64,000 bases of DNA from a virus (lineage: Duplodnaviria; Caudoviricetes). The stretch lies in the IMG/VR virus record IMGVR_UViG_3300036761_002481, positions 808-64,807 of that record; one strand, given 5' to 3'. The notes under the pieces were generated by a model. The model had not been told where the DNA came from and made no database searches. It saw nothing but the letters and a program-made list of their open reading frames with translations. The translations under genes were made by a program, and so were the position numbers. Shown piece after piece: positions 39,405 through 50,118 of this stretch (positions are counted from its first letter, which is position 1; every line of letters starts with the position of its first letter).

Positions 39405-39775
39405 GCGACGACCTGGAGCAGCTCCTTACGAACGAAGACGTTGCGAGAGTGCTCCGCGTTTCGAGCAAACGAGCCTACGCGATCATGCGGCGCTGGCCGT
39501 TCCGCGTGCTGATCGGAACCGGTATCAAGCCGCTCGTCCGCGTGCGACGAAGCGACTTCGATGAGTGGTTAGAGTCGAGGGGAGACGCAGCAACATGTCC
39601 ATCAAGCTCAGGCGAACGAAAAAGTCTCGATACCTCTACGTCGAGGGGCGCGACTGGGAAGGTGTCGAGTATCGGCTCTCGACGGGTCAAACCGAAGAAG
39701 GGCCAGCCCTGCTCCGAGCCCGCCAGATCCAGCTTGAGAGATCGGTTCCCCGGACTAAACCTTACTCGCTACTGA
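39401..39775 (+). CDS. xis: Excisionase-like HTH protein
   Basis: LLTNEDVARVLRVSSKRAY..RVRRSDFDEWL; overlaps the integrase start. Confidence 0.75.
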   Translation: MSDDLEQLLTNEDVARVLRVSSKRAYAIMRRWPFRVLIGTGIKPLVRVRRSDFDEWLESRGDAATCPSSSGERKSLDTSTSRGATGKVSSIGSRRVKPKKGQPCSEPARSSLRDRFPGLNLTRY

Positions 39776-40965
39776 AGGCTTTCTCCGCGCTCCAGGACTA
39801 CAAGAAGGTCGGGAAAAAGTCCGACGCGGAGCTCGAGATCGTGACGACGAAGAGCGAGCGCGTGATGGAGTACTTTGGTCCGGAGCGCGACTCGAACACG
39901 CTGACGCACGCCGAGCTGATCGGCTACGTCGAGCGCCGCAGGCTTTGCGAGATCGGCACGACGATCGACGGCGAGACGAAGTTCGTTTCGGATTCGACGA
40001 TCCGGAAAGAGCTCGACAAGCTCTTCGAAGCGCTCCGGCTCGCGAAGACCGACGGCAAGTTCGTCGGCGACGTTGACAAGCTCGCGCGCTCGCGTCGCGT
40101 TCTCGTTCGTTCTCGACCGCGAACGCGAACGCTGACCGAGGACGAGTTCGTGCTGCTCTACTGGGAGCTGCCGCGCAACCGCCAGGACTATCTCTTCAGC
40201 TGGGTGATGCTCGGCGCTCGATACGGCGAGCTCGAACGGATCGTGCCGGCGAGCATCGATCACGACAACCGACGCGTTTGGATCGTCGGGCACAAGGGCG
40301 ATCCGGAGTGGCGCGAGCGCTGGGTGCCGATCGGCGAAGAGATGTATCGACTGCTCTGCCGGCGAGCTGACCGCGTGAAGGCAGGCGAGCCGCTCTTTCC
40401 GGCTTGGGAGAACTCGAACGCGAACACGATGCTGAAGCGCTACTGCGCTCTGCTCGAGATCGCGCCGCTCTCGATCAACGACCTTCGTCGAACGTTCATC
40501 ACGTGGCACGGGATGTACGGGACGAGCGAGGCGGACATGAAGAAGCTCGTCGGACACTCGCCGGCATCGAAGATGGTCGAGCGCGCCTACCGCCAGCTGC
40601 CGGCAGACGCAGGTCGTCCGGCGATCGAGAGACTCCGCTTCGGCCTGACGCCGAACGACGCGATCGATGTTGGCGACGGCGTGAACGTCGTTCCGATCCG
40701 ACCGCACGTCGCGACGCAGACCGTCGAGCAGCTCGCGGACGTCAAGCAGAGACGCGACCATCGAGAGAAGCTGCTCGACTGGCAGAGCCTGTCGCGCGAA
40801 GCGCTCGCGAAGCTCGTCTGGGCGAAGCCGGCTGACATCATCGCGCACGATTACGGGATAAGTGGAACCGCGGTCGCAGCGCGTTGCAAGCGACTCGGGA
40901 TCGACAAGCCGGGGAACGGCTACTGGCAAAAGCTCGAAGCGCGCGTCGGAAAGAAGACTTGGTGA
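39595..40965 (+). CDS. int: Tyrosine integrase with a C-terminal HTH extension
   Basis: GARYGE (R), K, NDLRRTF, VGHS, RAY (Y). Confidence 0.9.
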   Translation: MSIKLRRTKKSRYLYVEGRDWEGVEYRLSTGQTEEGPALLRARQIQLERSVPRTKPYSLLKAFSALQDYKKVGKKSDAELEIVTTKSERVMEYFGPERDSNTLTHAELIGYVERRRLCEIGTTIDGETKFVSDSTIRKELDKLFEALRLAKTDGKFVGDVDKLARSRRVLVRSRPRTRTLTEDEFVLLYWELPRNRQDYLFSWVMLGARYGELERIVPASIDHDNRRVWIVGHKGDPEWRERWVPIGEEMYRLLCRRADRVKAGEPLFPAWENSNANTMLKRYCALLEIAPLSINDLRRTFITWHGMYGTSEADMKKLVGHSPASKMVERAYRQLPADAGRPAIERLRFGLTPNDAIDVGDGVNVVPIRPHVATQTVEQLADVKQRRDHREKLLDWQSLSREALAKLVWAKPADIIAHDYGISGTAVAARCKRLGIDKPGNGYWQKLEARVGKKTW

Positions 40966-41042
40966 TGGCGACCAAGACGAGAGTGACCGACATCGCATGG
41001 GAGCCGTACGCCGAACCGGTTCTGAAGTAGCATTCCCGGTCG

Positions 41043-41831
41043 ATGACTCGTCGACGCTGGCGCTCGGTGATCGAGCAGCGCGCTTCGCTTCGAGCTCGCT
41101 TCCGGAGCGAGGGCGCACTCTGCGACGCTTTAGCCGCTAAAGCCCGCGGCGAGGGCTTCGTCGTTCACGCGGAGACGAGCGGCTGGGATCTGCTGCTCGT
41201 CGCGCCAGGCGGCGCTCAGGTCGGCGTGCAAGCGAAGCTGCGAGCGAACGTCGACGTGCTCGCGCAAGCGCTCGGATCGCCCTACGGAACGACCGGGCCG
41301 GACTATCACGCCGTTCTCGTCGTCGACGCTCCGCCGCCGTTCCGCCGGCTCGCCACCGAGCTCCGCGTCACGATCGTCGACGGCGCTCGCGTCGTCGCAG
41401 ACGCGCCGCTCGCGGAGTTCGTCAAACGCTCGCCGCTCTGGTCGCACGAGACCGCGGAGTGGGTGCCACCGATCGAGATCGCTTGCGTCGTCGGCGGTCG
41501 CTCCGGTCCGGTTCAGATCACACCGTGGAAGATCGCCGCGCTCCAACTCTGCCGACGACTCCGGAAGCGCGGCTGGGTCGCGAAGCGCGACTTCACGGAG
41601 CTCTCGATCTCGCCGACCTACTGGGTGACCGGCTCGAAGCCGCTCCTGAGAGTCGAGAAGAAGCTCGGGAAGGTGTTCCGCTATCATGCGACCGGCCTTG
41701 CGGCGCTCCCGGACGAGCGCTGGCCGGACATCGCAGCGGCGCTCGATCTACACCTCGGTGTACTAGATGAGCGGAGGAACGACGATGCCCCGCAGACGAT
41801 CGTTGCTGGAGTTAGCAGCTCGCGCAGGTGA
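41043..41831 (+). CDS. Hypothetical protein, PD-(D/E)xK-like
   Basis: ETSGWDLLLV..GVQAKL. Confidence 0.5.
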   Translation: MTRRRWRSVIEQRASLRARFRSEGALCDALAAKARGEGFVVHAETSGWDLLLVAPGGAQVGVQAKLRANVDVLAQALGSPYGTTGPDYHAVLVVDAPPPFRRLATELRVTIVDGARVVADAPLAEFVKRSPLWSHETAEWVPPIEIACVVGGRSGPVQITPWKIAALQLCRRLRKRGWVAKRDFTELSISPTYWVTGSKPLLRVEKKLGKVFRYHATGLAALPDERWPDIAAALDLHLGVLDERRNDDAPQTIVAGVSSSRR

Positions 41832-41963
41832 GACCGCAGTCGTCTGCATCTGCGGCAGCGCGCTCTTCGTCGTCGTTCTGGCCGCCGCGCTCGCGGGCCT
41901 AACGATCTCGGAGCTCGTCGGACCGCTCGCTTGGGTGTTAGAGCACTTTCTCGGACCGACGGC

Positions 41964-42188
41964 ATGAGCGTTTCGATACCGCCACCCTCGCCGGAGGACG
42001 AGCGTGTTCGTGAGCTCGCCCGCGAGTATTGGGAGCTCTGGCAGAAGCTCAGGAAGGGTCCGCGTCGGCAGCTCACGCGCCGCCACAAAGAGACCTACAC
42101 ACGCTGGCTCGAGATCTTCCGTGAGATCATGGAGCTTCGTCCGAACCAGAACCCGGTCGACGTGATCGACCGCCTGAGGCCCTCGTGA
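41964..42188 (+). CDS. Hypothetical protein
   Basis: Coupled ORF. Confidence 0.45.
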   Translation: MSVSIPPPSPEDERVRELAREYWELWQKLRKGPRRQLTRRHKETYTRWLEIFREIMELRPNQNPVDVIDRLRPS

Positions 42189-43450
42189 GGGTCAACCAGA
42201 TCCGAGCGATCGAGCTCTTCGGCTGTGCCGGCGGCATGGCGGACGGCTTTCGCCAGGCAGGGCTTCAGTTCGAGTTCGCGTTCGATCGCGATCCTGACGC
42301 CTGCGCGAGCTACACGGCGAACCTCGGGCGCGCGCCGATCGAGATGGACGTTCGTTCGTTGTCTCGACTGATAGGCCAAGGCTGGCTGCCGCGAAACAAG
42401 ATCGATCTTCTCGTCGCCGATCCACCGTGCACTCCGTGGAGCCGCTCCGGAAAGCGTCAGGGGCTCGCCGATCATCGAGACATGCTCGCCGAAACCTGCT
42501 TGCTGATCTCGAAGCTACGACCGCGCTACTGGCTGATCGGAAACGTCCCCGGACTCGACGACGCCACGAACTGGGAGACGGTCCAGGCAGTGATCGGCGG
42601 CATCGACGGCTACTGCATCGATTACCTCAAGCTCGACGCTGCCGACTACGGCGTGCCGCAGCATCGACTTCGGCCGGTCTGGTTCGGTCACCCGTTCGGC
42701 ACAGCGCATCTCTCCTATCCGCGACCGACGCACTGCGATCCGCGCGAGCGAGATACGCTTCACATCCCCGGCTACGAGATGAGCCCCTGGGTGACCGTTC
42801 GCCAGGCGCTCGAACATTTACCGCTCTCCGATCTCGGCACGCCGATCCGCGTCCGATGGAACAACAAATCGCACGAGCCGTCGCAGCTCGACGTTCCCGG
42901 AAAGGTGGTGCCGGCGAGCCAACCTGGGAACCGCGGAGCGGTGCTGAGCATCGATCACCGGATGAGCGGACCGAACGAGCCGGCGAAGACGCTGACGATG
43001 AACACTCACGGCGATGGAGCGTTGCTCGAGCTCCCGCGTACCAATGCGCCGTGGGCGCTCCTGCGGAACTCGAAGCATCCGATCAACCGAGCGAACGAAC
43101 CGGCGTTCACGATCACGGCGCGCGACACCGGCGGAGCTCAGGGCGGGCGCAGTCTCGAGTGGCCTTGGGATCGACCGTCGACGACCGTCACGTCGCGCGA
43201 CTCGATCCCGAAGTTCGGTCGCAACGGCCGAAATGCGTGGGAGACTCAGAGCGCGAACGCGATAAAGCTCTCGGAGCGAGCGGCATCTCTCCTGCAAGGC
43301 TTTCCTGACGGTTGGAAGTTCGTCGGAAAGACGAAGCGCTCTCGCTGGGCGCAGATCGGCCAGGCGATGCCGCCGCCGCTCGCTCACGCGCTCGCTCGGG
43401 GGATCGTGCGGATCATCTGCGCGCACGATCGACGAGAGGGCCGCGCATGA
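42185..43450 (+). CDS. C5-cytosine DNA methyltransferase family protein, atypical motifs
   Basis: ELFGCAGG, DPPC, GNV in place of ENV, YGVPQHRLR, LQGFPD, QIGQAMPP. Confidence 0.85.
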   Translation: MRVNQIRAIELFGCAGGMADGFRQAGLQFEFAFDRDPDACASYTANLGRAPIEMDVRSLSRLIGQGWLPRNKIDLLVADPPCTPWSRSGKRQGLADHRDMLAETCLLISKLRPRYWLIGNVPGLDDATNWETVQAVIGGIDGYCIDYLKLDAADYGVPQHRLRPVWFGHPFGTAHLSYPRPTHCDPRERDTLHIPGYEMSPWVTVRQALEHLPLSDLGTPIRVRWNNKSHEPSQLDVPGKVVPASQPGNRGAVLSIDHRMSGPNEPAKTLTMNTHGDGALLELPRTNAPWALLRNSKHPINRANEPAFTITARDTGGAQGGRSLEWPWDRPSTTVTSRDSIPKFGRNGRNAWETQSANAIKLSERAASLLQGFPDGWKFVGKTKRSRWAQIGQAMPPPLAHALARGIVRIICAHDRREGRA

Positions 43451-44238
43451 CCGCTTGGGTGAACGCCGAGATACACATCTATCTCGACCGCGACTGTCGC
43501 TGGCGATCGCGCGTCGAGGTCACCCATCGAGGAACGTCGTTGCGCTTCGACGTTCCACCGCGCGATCGACCAGGCACCGAGCACGCGCACGGACTCGTGC
43601 CGCTCTTCATGCAGATCGTCGAAGCGTTCGCCGAGCTCCGCGATCGCGGAGCGTCGCAATGAAGACGCGTGCGGTCGGCAATCTCTCCTACTGGCTCGGC
43701 TTCGTGCGCGGTGTCGAGCGACCGAGGTTCATCGTGCTCGGCAAGCAGCCGAATGCGCGGACGCTCCGACCGACCATCTGCTCCGGATACGTCGAACACC
43801 GACCGAAGCTTCGCGTCGTCGTAGACCAGGGCGTTCTTCCGATGTGGGTCGAGAGTCGGATCTTCCAGGATGCGCGCGACGGACTTTTCGACGGTCCGGA
43901 GGCTGCGAAGCGCAGGTGGCGGTATCTCGTCAGAGATCAGCGATTGGAGAAACGATGAACGAACGTTGGCAAGCATCGCGTCGATCGGCGATCTCGACGA
44001 CCTCGAGAGTCTCGAAACGGTGGCGACCGAAGATGATGGTGAACCGAGCGGCGACGGTTCTCTCGAGAACGCGTTTCTCGTCGACGAAGAGAGCGGCGAG
44101 GTCGTGATTCGACGCCGTCCGAACGCGCGACTGACGCACGACCAGGCGCTGAACCTCGCCGCGTGGATCATCGCGGTCACGGAGAGCGACATTGCGGACG
44201 TCGAGGAGCTCGTTCGTCGCGCGGTCGAGAGCCTATGA
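43447..44238 (+). other. Three small coupled hypothetical ORFs (43447-43662, 43659-43958, 43955-44238)
   Basis: ATGA overlaps. Confidence 0.5.
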
Positions 44239-44738
44239 CGTCCGACGGTCGCGAGCTCGACGACGATGCGGAGCTTCGAGCGATGCTCGACGATGCGCGC
44301 CGCGGCGTGCCCTCGGCGATCGGTCGCGGATCTAAAGCCGAGTCTCCGGCGACGTTCGCGCAGCTTCAGCGCGCTCTCGGCGAGTGGCAGCGCCGCAACT
44401 TCCCGAACGTGAGACGGCTCGAACCGATCGTCGGCATCGCCGAGGAGATGGGCGAAGCGTGGGACGCGCTGCTCGGACTGCTCGCGCTCGGGAAGCTCTC
44501 CGGCGTCGTCGGCGCCGTCTGTCACGCTGCGCTCAAGCACCAGCAGGGGATCCGCGGCACGCCTGCCGAGCTGCGCGAGAAGCTCGTCGACGCGATCGGC
44601 GACCTGATGATCTTCGCGGTCAACGCCTGCAACCTCTTCGATCTCGATCTCCAGGAAATCGTTGACAGGACATGGGCGACGGTCAGCAAGCGCGACTGGC
44701 GAGCCGACCCCGCCGGCGGAGGAACGAATGGCAAGTAA
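44235..44738 (+). CDS. MazG-like NTP pyrophosphohydrolase
   Basis: AEEMGE..DAIGDLMIF. Confidence 0.75.
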   Translation: MTSDGRELDDDAELRAMLDDARRGVPSAIGRGSKAESPATFAQLQRALGEWQRRNFPNVRRLEPIVGIAEEMGEAWDALLGLLALGKLSGVVGAVCHAALKHQQGIRGTPAELREKLVDAIGDLMIFAVNACNLFDLDLQEIVDRTWATVSKRDWRADPAGGGTNGK

Positions 44739-45231
44739 CGTGGATCATCCGGCGCACTACAACGCCGGTCGCATCGAGGTGATCGACGCGATCGAAGACT
44801 GGAAGCTGAACTTCAACTGCGGCAACGCGGTGAAGTACGTCGCTCGCGCCGACCACAAGGGGCGACGTTTCGAGGATCTGCAAAAGGCGATCTGGTACCT
44901 GTCGCGCGAGCTCGCGTCGTTCGAGCCGGAGATACCGGCGCCGGTGCCGCCGAGACAACCGGTGCGTCGGTTTCTGAAGAAGAGCGCGAGCGACGGCGAT
45001 CGTCTCGACGATCTTTCGAGCGCGAAGCGTCTGACGCTCGGCGATCGAGTTGCGGATTTTCTCAACCGACACTCGGACGCCGTCTACCACGTCCGAGTGA
45101 TCGCAGAGCAGCTCGGGTGCTCGGACCGCCGCTCGCTCGGGTCCTGCATGTCGCGGCTCGTCACCAGGCGCGTGATCCGGCGAGAGCGTCGCGGCGTCTA
45201 CGGCGCTCGCGTCTCGAAAGCGTCGTCGTGA
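44728..45231 (+). CDS. DUF3310 protein with a C-terminal winged-helix-like domain
   Basis: VDHPAHY..IEVID..GNAVKYVARA..K..EDLQKAIWYL. Confidence 0.85.
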   Translation: MASNVDHPAHYNAGRIEVIDAIEDWKLNFNCGNAVKYVARADHKGRRFEDLQKAIWYLSRELASFEPEIPAPVPPRQPVRRFLKKSASDGDRLDDLSSAKRLTLGDRVADFLNRHSDAVYHVRVIAEQLGCSDRRSLGSCMSRLVTRRVIRRERRGVYGARVSKASS

Positions 45232-46384
45232 AGACGCGCTGGATCGACACACCGATCGAGCGAGCGGCGGATGTCGGCGAGTGCGCGCTCGCTCCGCTGC
45301 TCGACGCCGACTGCTGCGACGGTGCGATCCAGATCGGTGAGAACGTGCACGTCGGAGACGGTGCGCGGGCGCATGTTCGCTGCGTCGAAGAAGCGTTCCT
45401 GCGTGCGAACAGTTTCGACTTCAGCGGGAGGTTCGGCGTCGCTGCGGCGACGAGACGCGGGCGATGACGAACGACGACAAGCGGAATCCAGGCGCGCCGG
45501 CCGCGGTCGCGGCGGGCTGCATCTGTCCGCGGATCGACAACTGCAACGGTCGCGGTCGCGGTTGCGACGGCGAGAAGTTCGGCTGGGTCGTCCGCCAGGA
45601 CTGCCCGGTTCACAAGGAGGATAGCGATGGGACTGAAGAGCGATGACAGCTGCTTGGCCAAGGCAAAGGACGACGAGCCGATCTTCGTTCTGCGATCGAC
45701 GGACCGACTCGCGCCGGACATCGTGCGCGAGTGGGCGAAGCTCGCGGAGCGCGGCGGAACCGACCGCGGGAAGATCGAAGAAGCCTACAGGCTCGCCGGC
45801 CGGATGGAGGACTGGGCGGCCGCGAACGGCGGAAGCAAGCATCCGGACTAGCGGATGATAAGTCCGCTTCCGAGACCGTGGATGGGATACTTCGGCATCA
45901 CGAAGATCGTCGTGTGGCTTCGCTACGCGCACGACGATCTTGAAGTTCTCGCGAACACGCAGCTTCGTCCGGGCGATGTCGTGCTCGACGTCGAGATGCA
46001 GGTTCGCAACGTCGACGCGCCGCACGATGTTGGACCGATCACGCTCCGGCGAGTTCTGACCGGTCTCAAGTTCGACGGCTCGCCGGAGGATCGTGACGCG
46101 ACGATCCGCAGATACGTGAGGAGCGTCGTTCGCGAGGCGGTTCTTCACGAGGTCGACGAGTGGCTTCGATTCGACGGCGTCCGCCTGACCGACCCGCACC
46201 CGTCACATTACGGGCGACCGCGATGAGCTGGTGGCTCAAAGAGATCGCTCGCTACAAATGCCGAGTGTGCGGCCGGCGCGCGTCGGTCGTGCTGATGAAC
46301 CCGGCGAACGCCGAGTGCGGCTTTTACTGCGCCGCCTGCGGGCGTCGCGAAATGAACCGACGGAACGACGAATCGAGGACCTGA
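45228..46384 (+). other. Small coupled hypothetical ORFs (45228-45467, 45464-45646, 45627-45851, 45855-46226, 46223-46384)
   Basis: Overlapping start/stop codons; several are Cys-rich; DEPIFVLR motif. Confidence 0.55.
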
Positions 46385-47307
46385 TGGGATACGCCGCGAA
46401 GATACTCGCAGACTCGACGAACCCTGCCGGCGTCCGGCTGATCACGTTCGAGATCACGTTTCCTAGGATCGTGCTCGCCGAGTTCAACACGCATCGCGTC
46501 TTCTCGCGGAACTCGGCGAGCAGCCGCGCGATCCCGACGAAGAAGTTGCTCTATCGAGTTCTCGCGGACCCGTTCGTTCCGGAGTATTTCGGCAAAAACC
46601 AGAAAGGGATGCAGGCGCGCGCGGAGCTCTCGCGCTGGCGTCGCTCGCTCGCGAGAGCGACGTGGCTCTTCGCGAGTCGGCTCGCGGTCGCGCTCGTCTG
46701 GCTGCTCTCGAAGCTCGATCTCCACAAGCAGATATCGAACCGACTGCTCGAGCCGTTTCTTTGGCACACGGTGATCGTCACGTCGTCGGAGTGGGCGAAC
46801 TTCTTCGCGCTCAGGTGTCATCCGGACGCGCAGCCGGAGATTCGAGAGATCGCCGTCCGGATGCGCGATCTCGAACGCGCGCTCGCGCATCGCTCGAAGC
46901 GGCTCGTCGTCGGAGAGTGGCACCTGCCGCTCGTGACCGGACTCGACTGGACCGAAGAGGTCTGGCAGCCGCCGGCTAGCCACAGCTACGCATCGAGCGG
47001 CAACTTCGGCCTGCTCTCGCACGATCAAATCGCGCGCGTCTCGTCCGCTCGCTGCGCGCGCGTCTCGTTCCTGACGCACGACGGGCGGCGGAGCATCGTC
47101 GACGATCTCGCGCTCGCAACGAAGCTACAGGACGCGGGTCACATGTCGCCGTTCGAGCATGTCGCGCGAGCGGAAGCCGACACGCAGTTTCGGGGGAACA
47201 TTCGCGGCTTCACGCAGCTCCGGAAGCTTTTGCCGGACGAAGCCGTGTTTCGAGCGCGGAACAACGTCTCGAAACCTCCTACCAATCGACCGCTCCGGGC
47301 CGTTTGA
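46384..47307 (+). CDS. thyX: Flavin-dependent thymidylate synthase
   Basis: AEFNTHRVFSRNSASSRA, LRCHPDAQPEI, HMSPFEH. Confidence 0.88.
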   Translation: MGYAAKILADSTNPAGVRLITFEITFPRIVLAEFNTHRVFSRNSASSRAIPTKKLLYRVLADPFVPEYFGKNQKGMQARAELSRWRRSLARATWLFASRLAVALVWLLSKLDLHKQISNRLLEPFLWHTVIVTSSEWANFFALRCHPDAQPEIREIAVRMRDLERALAHRSKRLVVGEWHLPLVTGLDWTEEVWQPPASHSYASSGNFGLLSHDQIARVSSARCARVSFLTHDGRRSIVDDLALATKLQDAGHMSPFEHVARAEADTQFRGNIRGFTQLRKLLPDEAVFRARNNVSKPPTNRPLRAV

Positions 47308-47328
47308 CCGGCTGCCCGGCTGGCAGAA

Positions 47329-47348
47329 GTATCCGAACGTTGGGATAC
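47329..47348 (+). promoter_or_regulatory. Palindromic operator/promoter GTATCCgAACGTTgGGATAC
   Basis: Intergenic near-perfect palindrome followed by TAGATT; repeated at 48493 and ~51354. Confidence 0.75.
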
Positions 47349-47399
47349 TAGATTGAGAGGACGGCGACTCGCCGGTCCGGGAGAAGCGGAGTAGGTCGG

Positions 47400-47654
47400 A
47401 TGTCGTACTACATTTGCAGGCGCGGGGTTCCGGGTAGCGCGGTCGAGATCAACCGAGAGCCGAACGCGGCTGAGATCGAAGTCTTCGCGCAGTGCGGCTT
47501 CGAGATGGCGTCGCTAGGCGACACGTTCCGCAAAACGTGCCGCTGTCCGGTCAACGGCGACGGCTACTGGTACACGCGAGTCGAGCTCGTCGACGCGTCC
47601 GGCTTCTGCGTCGGTAGCTTCCGCCCCGAGAACTCGATCGGGGGTGAGCTGTGA
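47400..47654 (+). CDS. Hypothetical protein
   Basis: First ORF after the operator. Confidence 0.5.
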   Translation: MSYYICRRGVPGSAVEINREPNAAEIEVFAQCGFEMASLGDTFRKTCRCPVNGDGYWYTRVELVDASGFCVGSFRPENSIGGEL

Positions 47655-47969
47655 GCGCGCTCGTCGCCGAGGTCCGGCTGCTCGGCAGCCGCGAGACCGG
47701 GTTCGGCTTCATCGTCCTGTTGACCGAGCGGAACGCGAAGCTCGTCTCGCTCGCGAGCGACGGTGGCGCGGACGACCATTACTGCGCGACGGCGGGCCTG
47801 CTGGGCGGCGATCCGGCTCATCAAGCGGCTCGGGTACCTCTCCGGCGGCGTCCGCTTCTACGACCCGCACGGCGTCTCCGCGGACTTCGATCTCGAGAAG
47901 CGCGTTCCGGTAGTCGGCTCGCCGCTCTGGGTGTACGGCGGCAACTTCCGCTCGACGGTGGCGTCGTGA
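47651..47969 (+). pseudogene. Frameshifted paralogue of 52452-52724
   Basis: Removing one G at 47794-47796 gives a continuous ORF that aligns with the paralogue. Confidence 0.6.
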
Positions 47970-48492
47970 ACCAAAGTCGGCAGGACGCGTTCTCGCATGT
48001 GATTCGCGGCAGGCTCGGCTCGCTCGCCGGCCGCCCGTCCTACGCCTACCTGACCGCGCTGCGCTCGTTCGTGTACGAGTGGCTTGCGGAGATCGAGGCT
48101 CGGATGGAGCGCGTTCTTCAGGACGAAGCGAGCGCCGAGCAGCTGGCAGCCGAGCTCCAGGAGACCGAGTCATGACCGACGCGATGGCTCTTTTTTCCGA
48201 GTTCGACGTTCTAGACGCGAACGTCGTTCCCGCGATCGAGCGAGCGCTCTCCGACGTCGGAGCGTGCAACGTCGAGTCTGGCTACTACGGCGGCGGAGCC
48301 GGCGAGCTGCTGAGCGTTCGTTGCACGCTCGATCCGTCGCTTCTCGGCGCTGTCGAAGCCGCGCTCGCCCCTTGGGGATACCGGCTCTCGTCGGTCGAGG
48401 GCGGCGAAGTCTTCTGGGAGTAGGCAACTCGCCTACCTAATCGCCACGAACAAGCGCTCGACGGTCGATTCCGTCGAGCGCCTCTGGTCGTT

Positions 48493-48512
48493 GTATCCGA
48501 ACATTGGGATAC
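48493..48512 (+). promoter_or_regulatory. Operator/promoter copy GTATCCgAACaTTgGGATAC
   Basis: One mismatch to the 47329 copy; TTGTAT upstream overlap. Confidence 0.75.
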
Positions 48513-48524
48513 TAAATAGGTCGG

Positions 48525-49004
48525 ATGTACCGACGCGAAGGAGTAGGCGAAGTGCTCGTTACCATGAACGATTTGAAGGTGGTCCTCGGTCAGGTTGTCG
48601 ACGTTCTCGGCCCGAACGGCTACCGCTTCGTGGAAGACAAGTTTCCGCAGTCGGACGTTCCGCGATGGCTGAACGTCGAAGTGTACGCAGGCGGCGTTGT
48701 CTATCGGCATCAGACTCGGACCGCGGTCGCGGAGACCGACGCGAAGCTTAGCTTCAATGACGACGGCAACGGCTGGAAAGCGTCGAGCGAGATCAACGTT
48801 TACTCGGTCAACCGTCCGGCGACCGAAGCTCTCCTGATCCTCTCGCAGCATGTCTCGGCGATCGCGCGGCTCTCGGCGGCCGAGGCGCTGCTCCGCGAGT
48901 TCTTCGCCGGGATGTCCAACGAGACGATCGACGAGATCGTCGATCGGTTGGCAGAAGAGCGCGACCAGCTTCTCTCCGACTTGATGGCTTCGAGGACGAA
49001 GTGA
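48525..49004 (+). CDS. Hypothetical protein
   Basis: ORF after the operator; the start may be a downstream GTG or ATG. Confidence 0.55.
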   Translation: MYRREGVGEVLVTMNDLKVVLGQVVDVLGPNGYRFVEDKFPQSDVPRWLNVEVYAGGVVYRHQTRTAVAETDAKLSFNDDGNGWKASSEINVYSVNRPATEALLILSQHVSAIARLSAAEALLREFFAGMSNETIDEIVDRLAEERDQLLSDLMASRTK

Positions 49005-49574
49005 TCGACGCACGCGCCCACCGGCTCGCGGTCTGGGCGCGCGCCTGCAAGCACGGCGCGCTCGCGCGTTACCTGGTCTTCGTTCAAGGCGGTCGCGTCT
49101 CGTTCGAGCTGCGACCGGCCGGCGGTCTCGATCAGGCGTACGCGTTCGCGGACGAAGCGCGCGCGAACGGAGCCGAGCAGGTCGCGATCTTCGCGTCGCG
49201 CGGTCCGACACGGGTAGGGAAGCTAGTTCGGCAGTGGGTCTAGGGGTTTCAACGGGGGAAGGGTTTTTTCGATGTTCTGCGCAAACACAGCGTCACGTTG
49301 CTCGCAAGCTCGGTCGTCCGGTTTCCGGCTTCCAACGCGAGACCTACGACGGTCGAGCAGTCGTGATCTTCGTCTGCGGCGAGCTCCGCGCGACCGACAC
49401 GGTCGACGAGCGCTTCGTCGAGGTGATCGTCGCTGGCCGCCGGCTGACGCCGCTGCCGGTCGCGGTAGCCGAGCTCGTTCTTCATGACTCGACGCTCTAC
49501 ACGGCGAGCGAGCTTCTTCAGGAGTGCCGGATGATCGCCGCCGAGCACGCCGACGCGCGCGATACGGATCGCCC

Positions 49575-50069
49575 ATGAGCCGCCGCCGAGCATCGACGCC
49601 GCGCGAGCTTCCGCCGGAGAGCGCGATGAAGACGATCCGCCGCTTCGAGCTCCGAGTCGAACGCGTCCGGCTCGAGAACTTGACGGCACCCTACGGCAGC
49701 GTGATCGACAACTCGCGGCGCGCGTTCGTCGCGGTCCGGTCGCTCATCGGCGATCTCGAACAGGAGGTGATGATCGTCCTGCACCTGAACGCGCGCGGTC
49801 GGCTCGTCGGCTACCACGAAGCCGGTCGCGGTTCGATGACGCAGGTCGCGCTCGATCTCCGGTCGATCTTCCGGACCGCGCTCGTCGCCGGAGCTGCGTC
49901 GATCATTCTCGCGCACAACCACCCGAGTGGAGACGTGTCGCCGTCGGAGCAGGACGACGTGTTCAGCGCTCTCGAAGTTGCGAAAATCGTCGGCGTTCCG
50001 ATCGTCGACCACGTGATCGTCGCGACCGAGGGATTCTGGTCGTACGCCGACGCCGACCGGCTCCGCTGA
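49575..50069 (+). CDS. RadC-like JAB/MPN domain protein
   Basis: EQEV..LN, LAHNHPSGDVSPSEQD, IVDHVIV. Confidence 0.9.
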   Translation: MSRRRASTPRELPPESAMKTIRRFELRVERVRLENLTAPYGSVIDNSRRAFVAVRSLIGDLEQEVMIVLHLNARGRLVGYHEAGRGSMTQVALDLRSIFRTALVAGAASIILAHNHPSGDVSPSEQDDVFSALEVAKIVGVPIVDHVIVATEGFWSYADADRLR

Positions 50070-50118
50070 TTCCGCTCGCGGCACGGTTCGCGATCTCGGC
50101 GGTATAGGATCGGGCGAG

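Noticed and set aside
47392-48528. Shared TAGGTCGGATGT at two putative start codons
   Set aside because: Short match, and the second gene probably starts at a downstream RBS; may be chance
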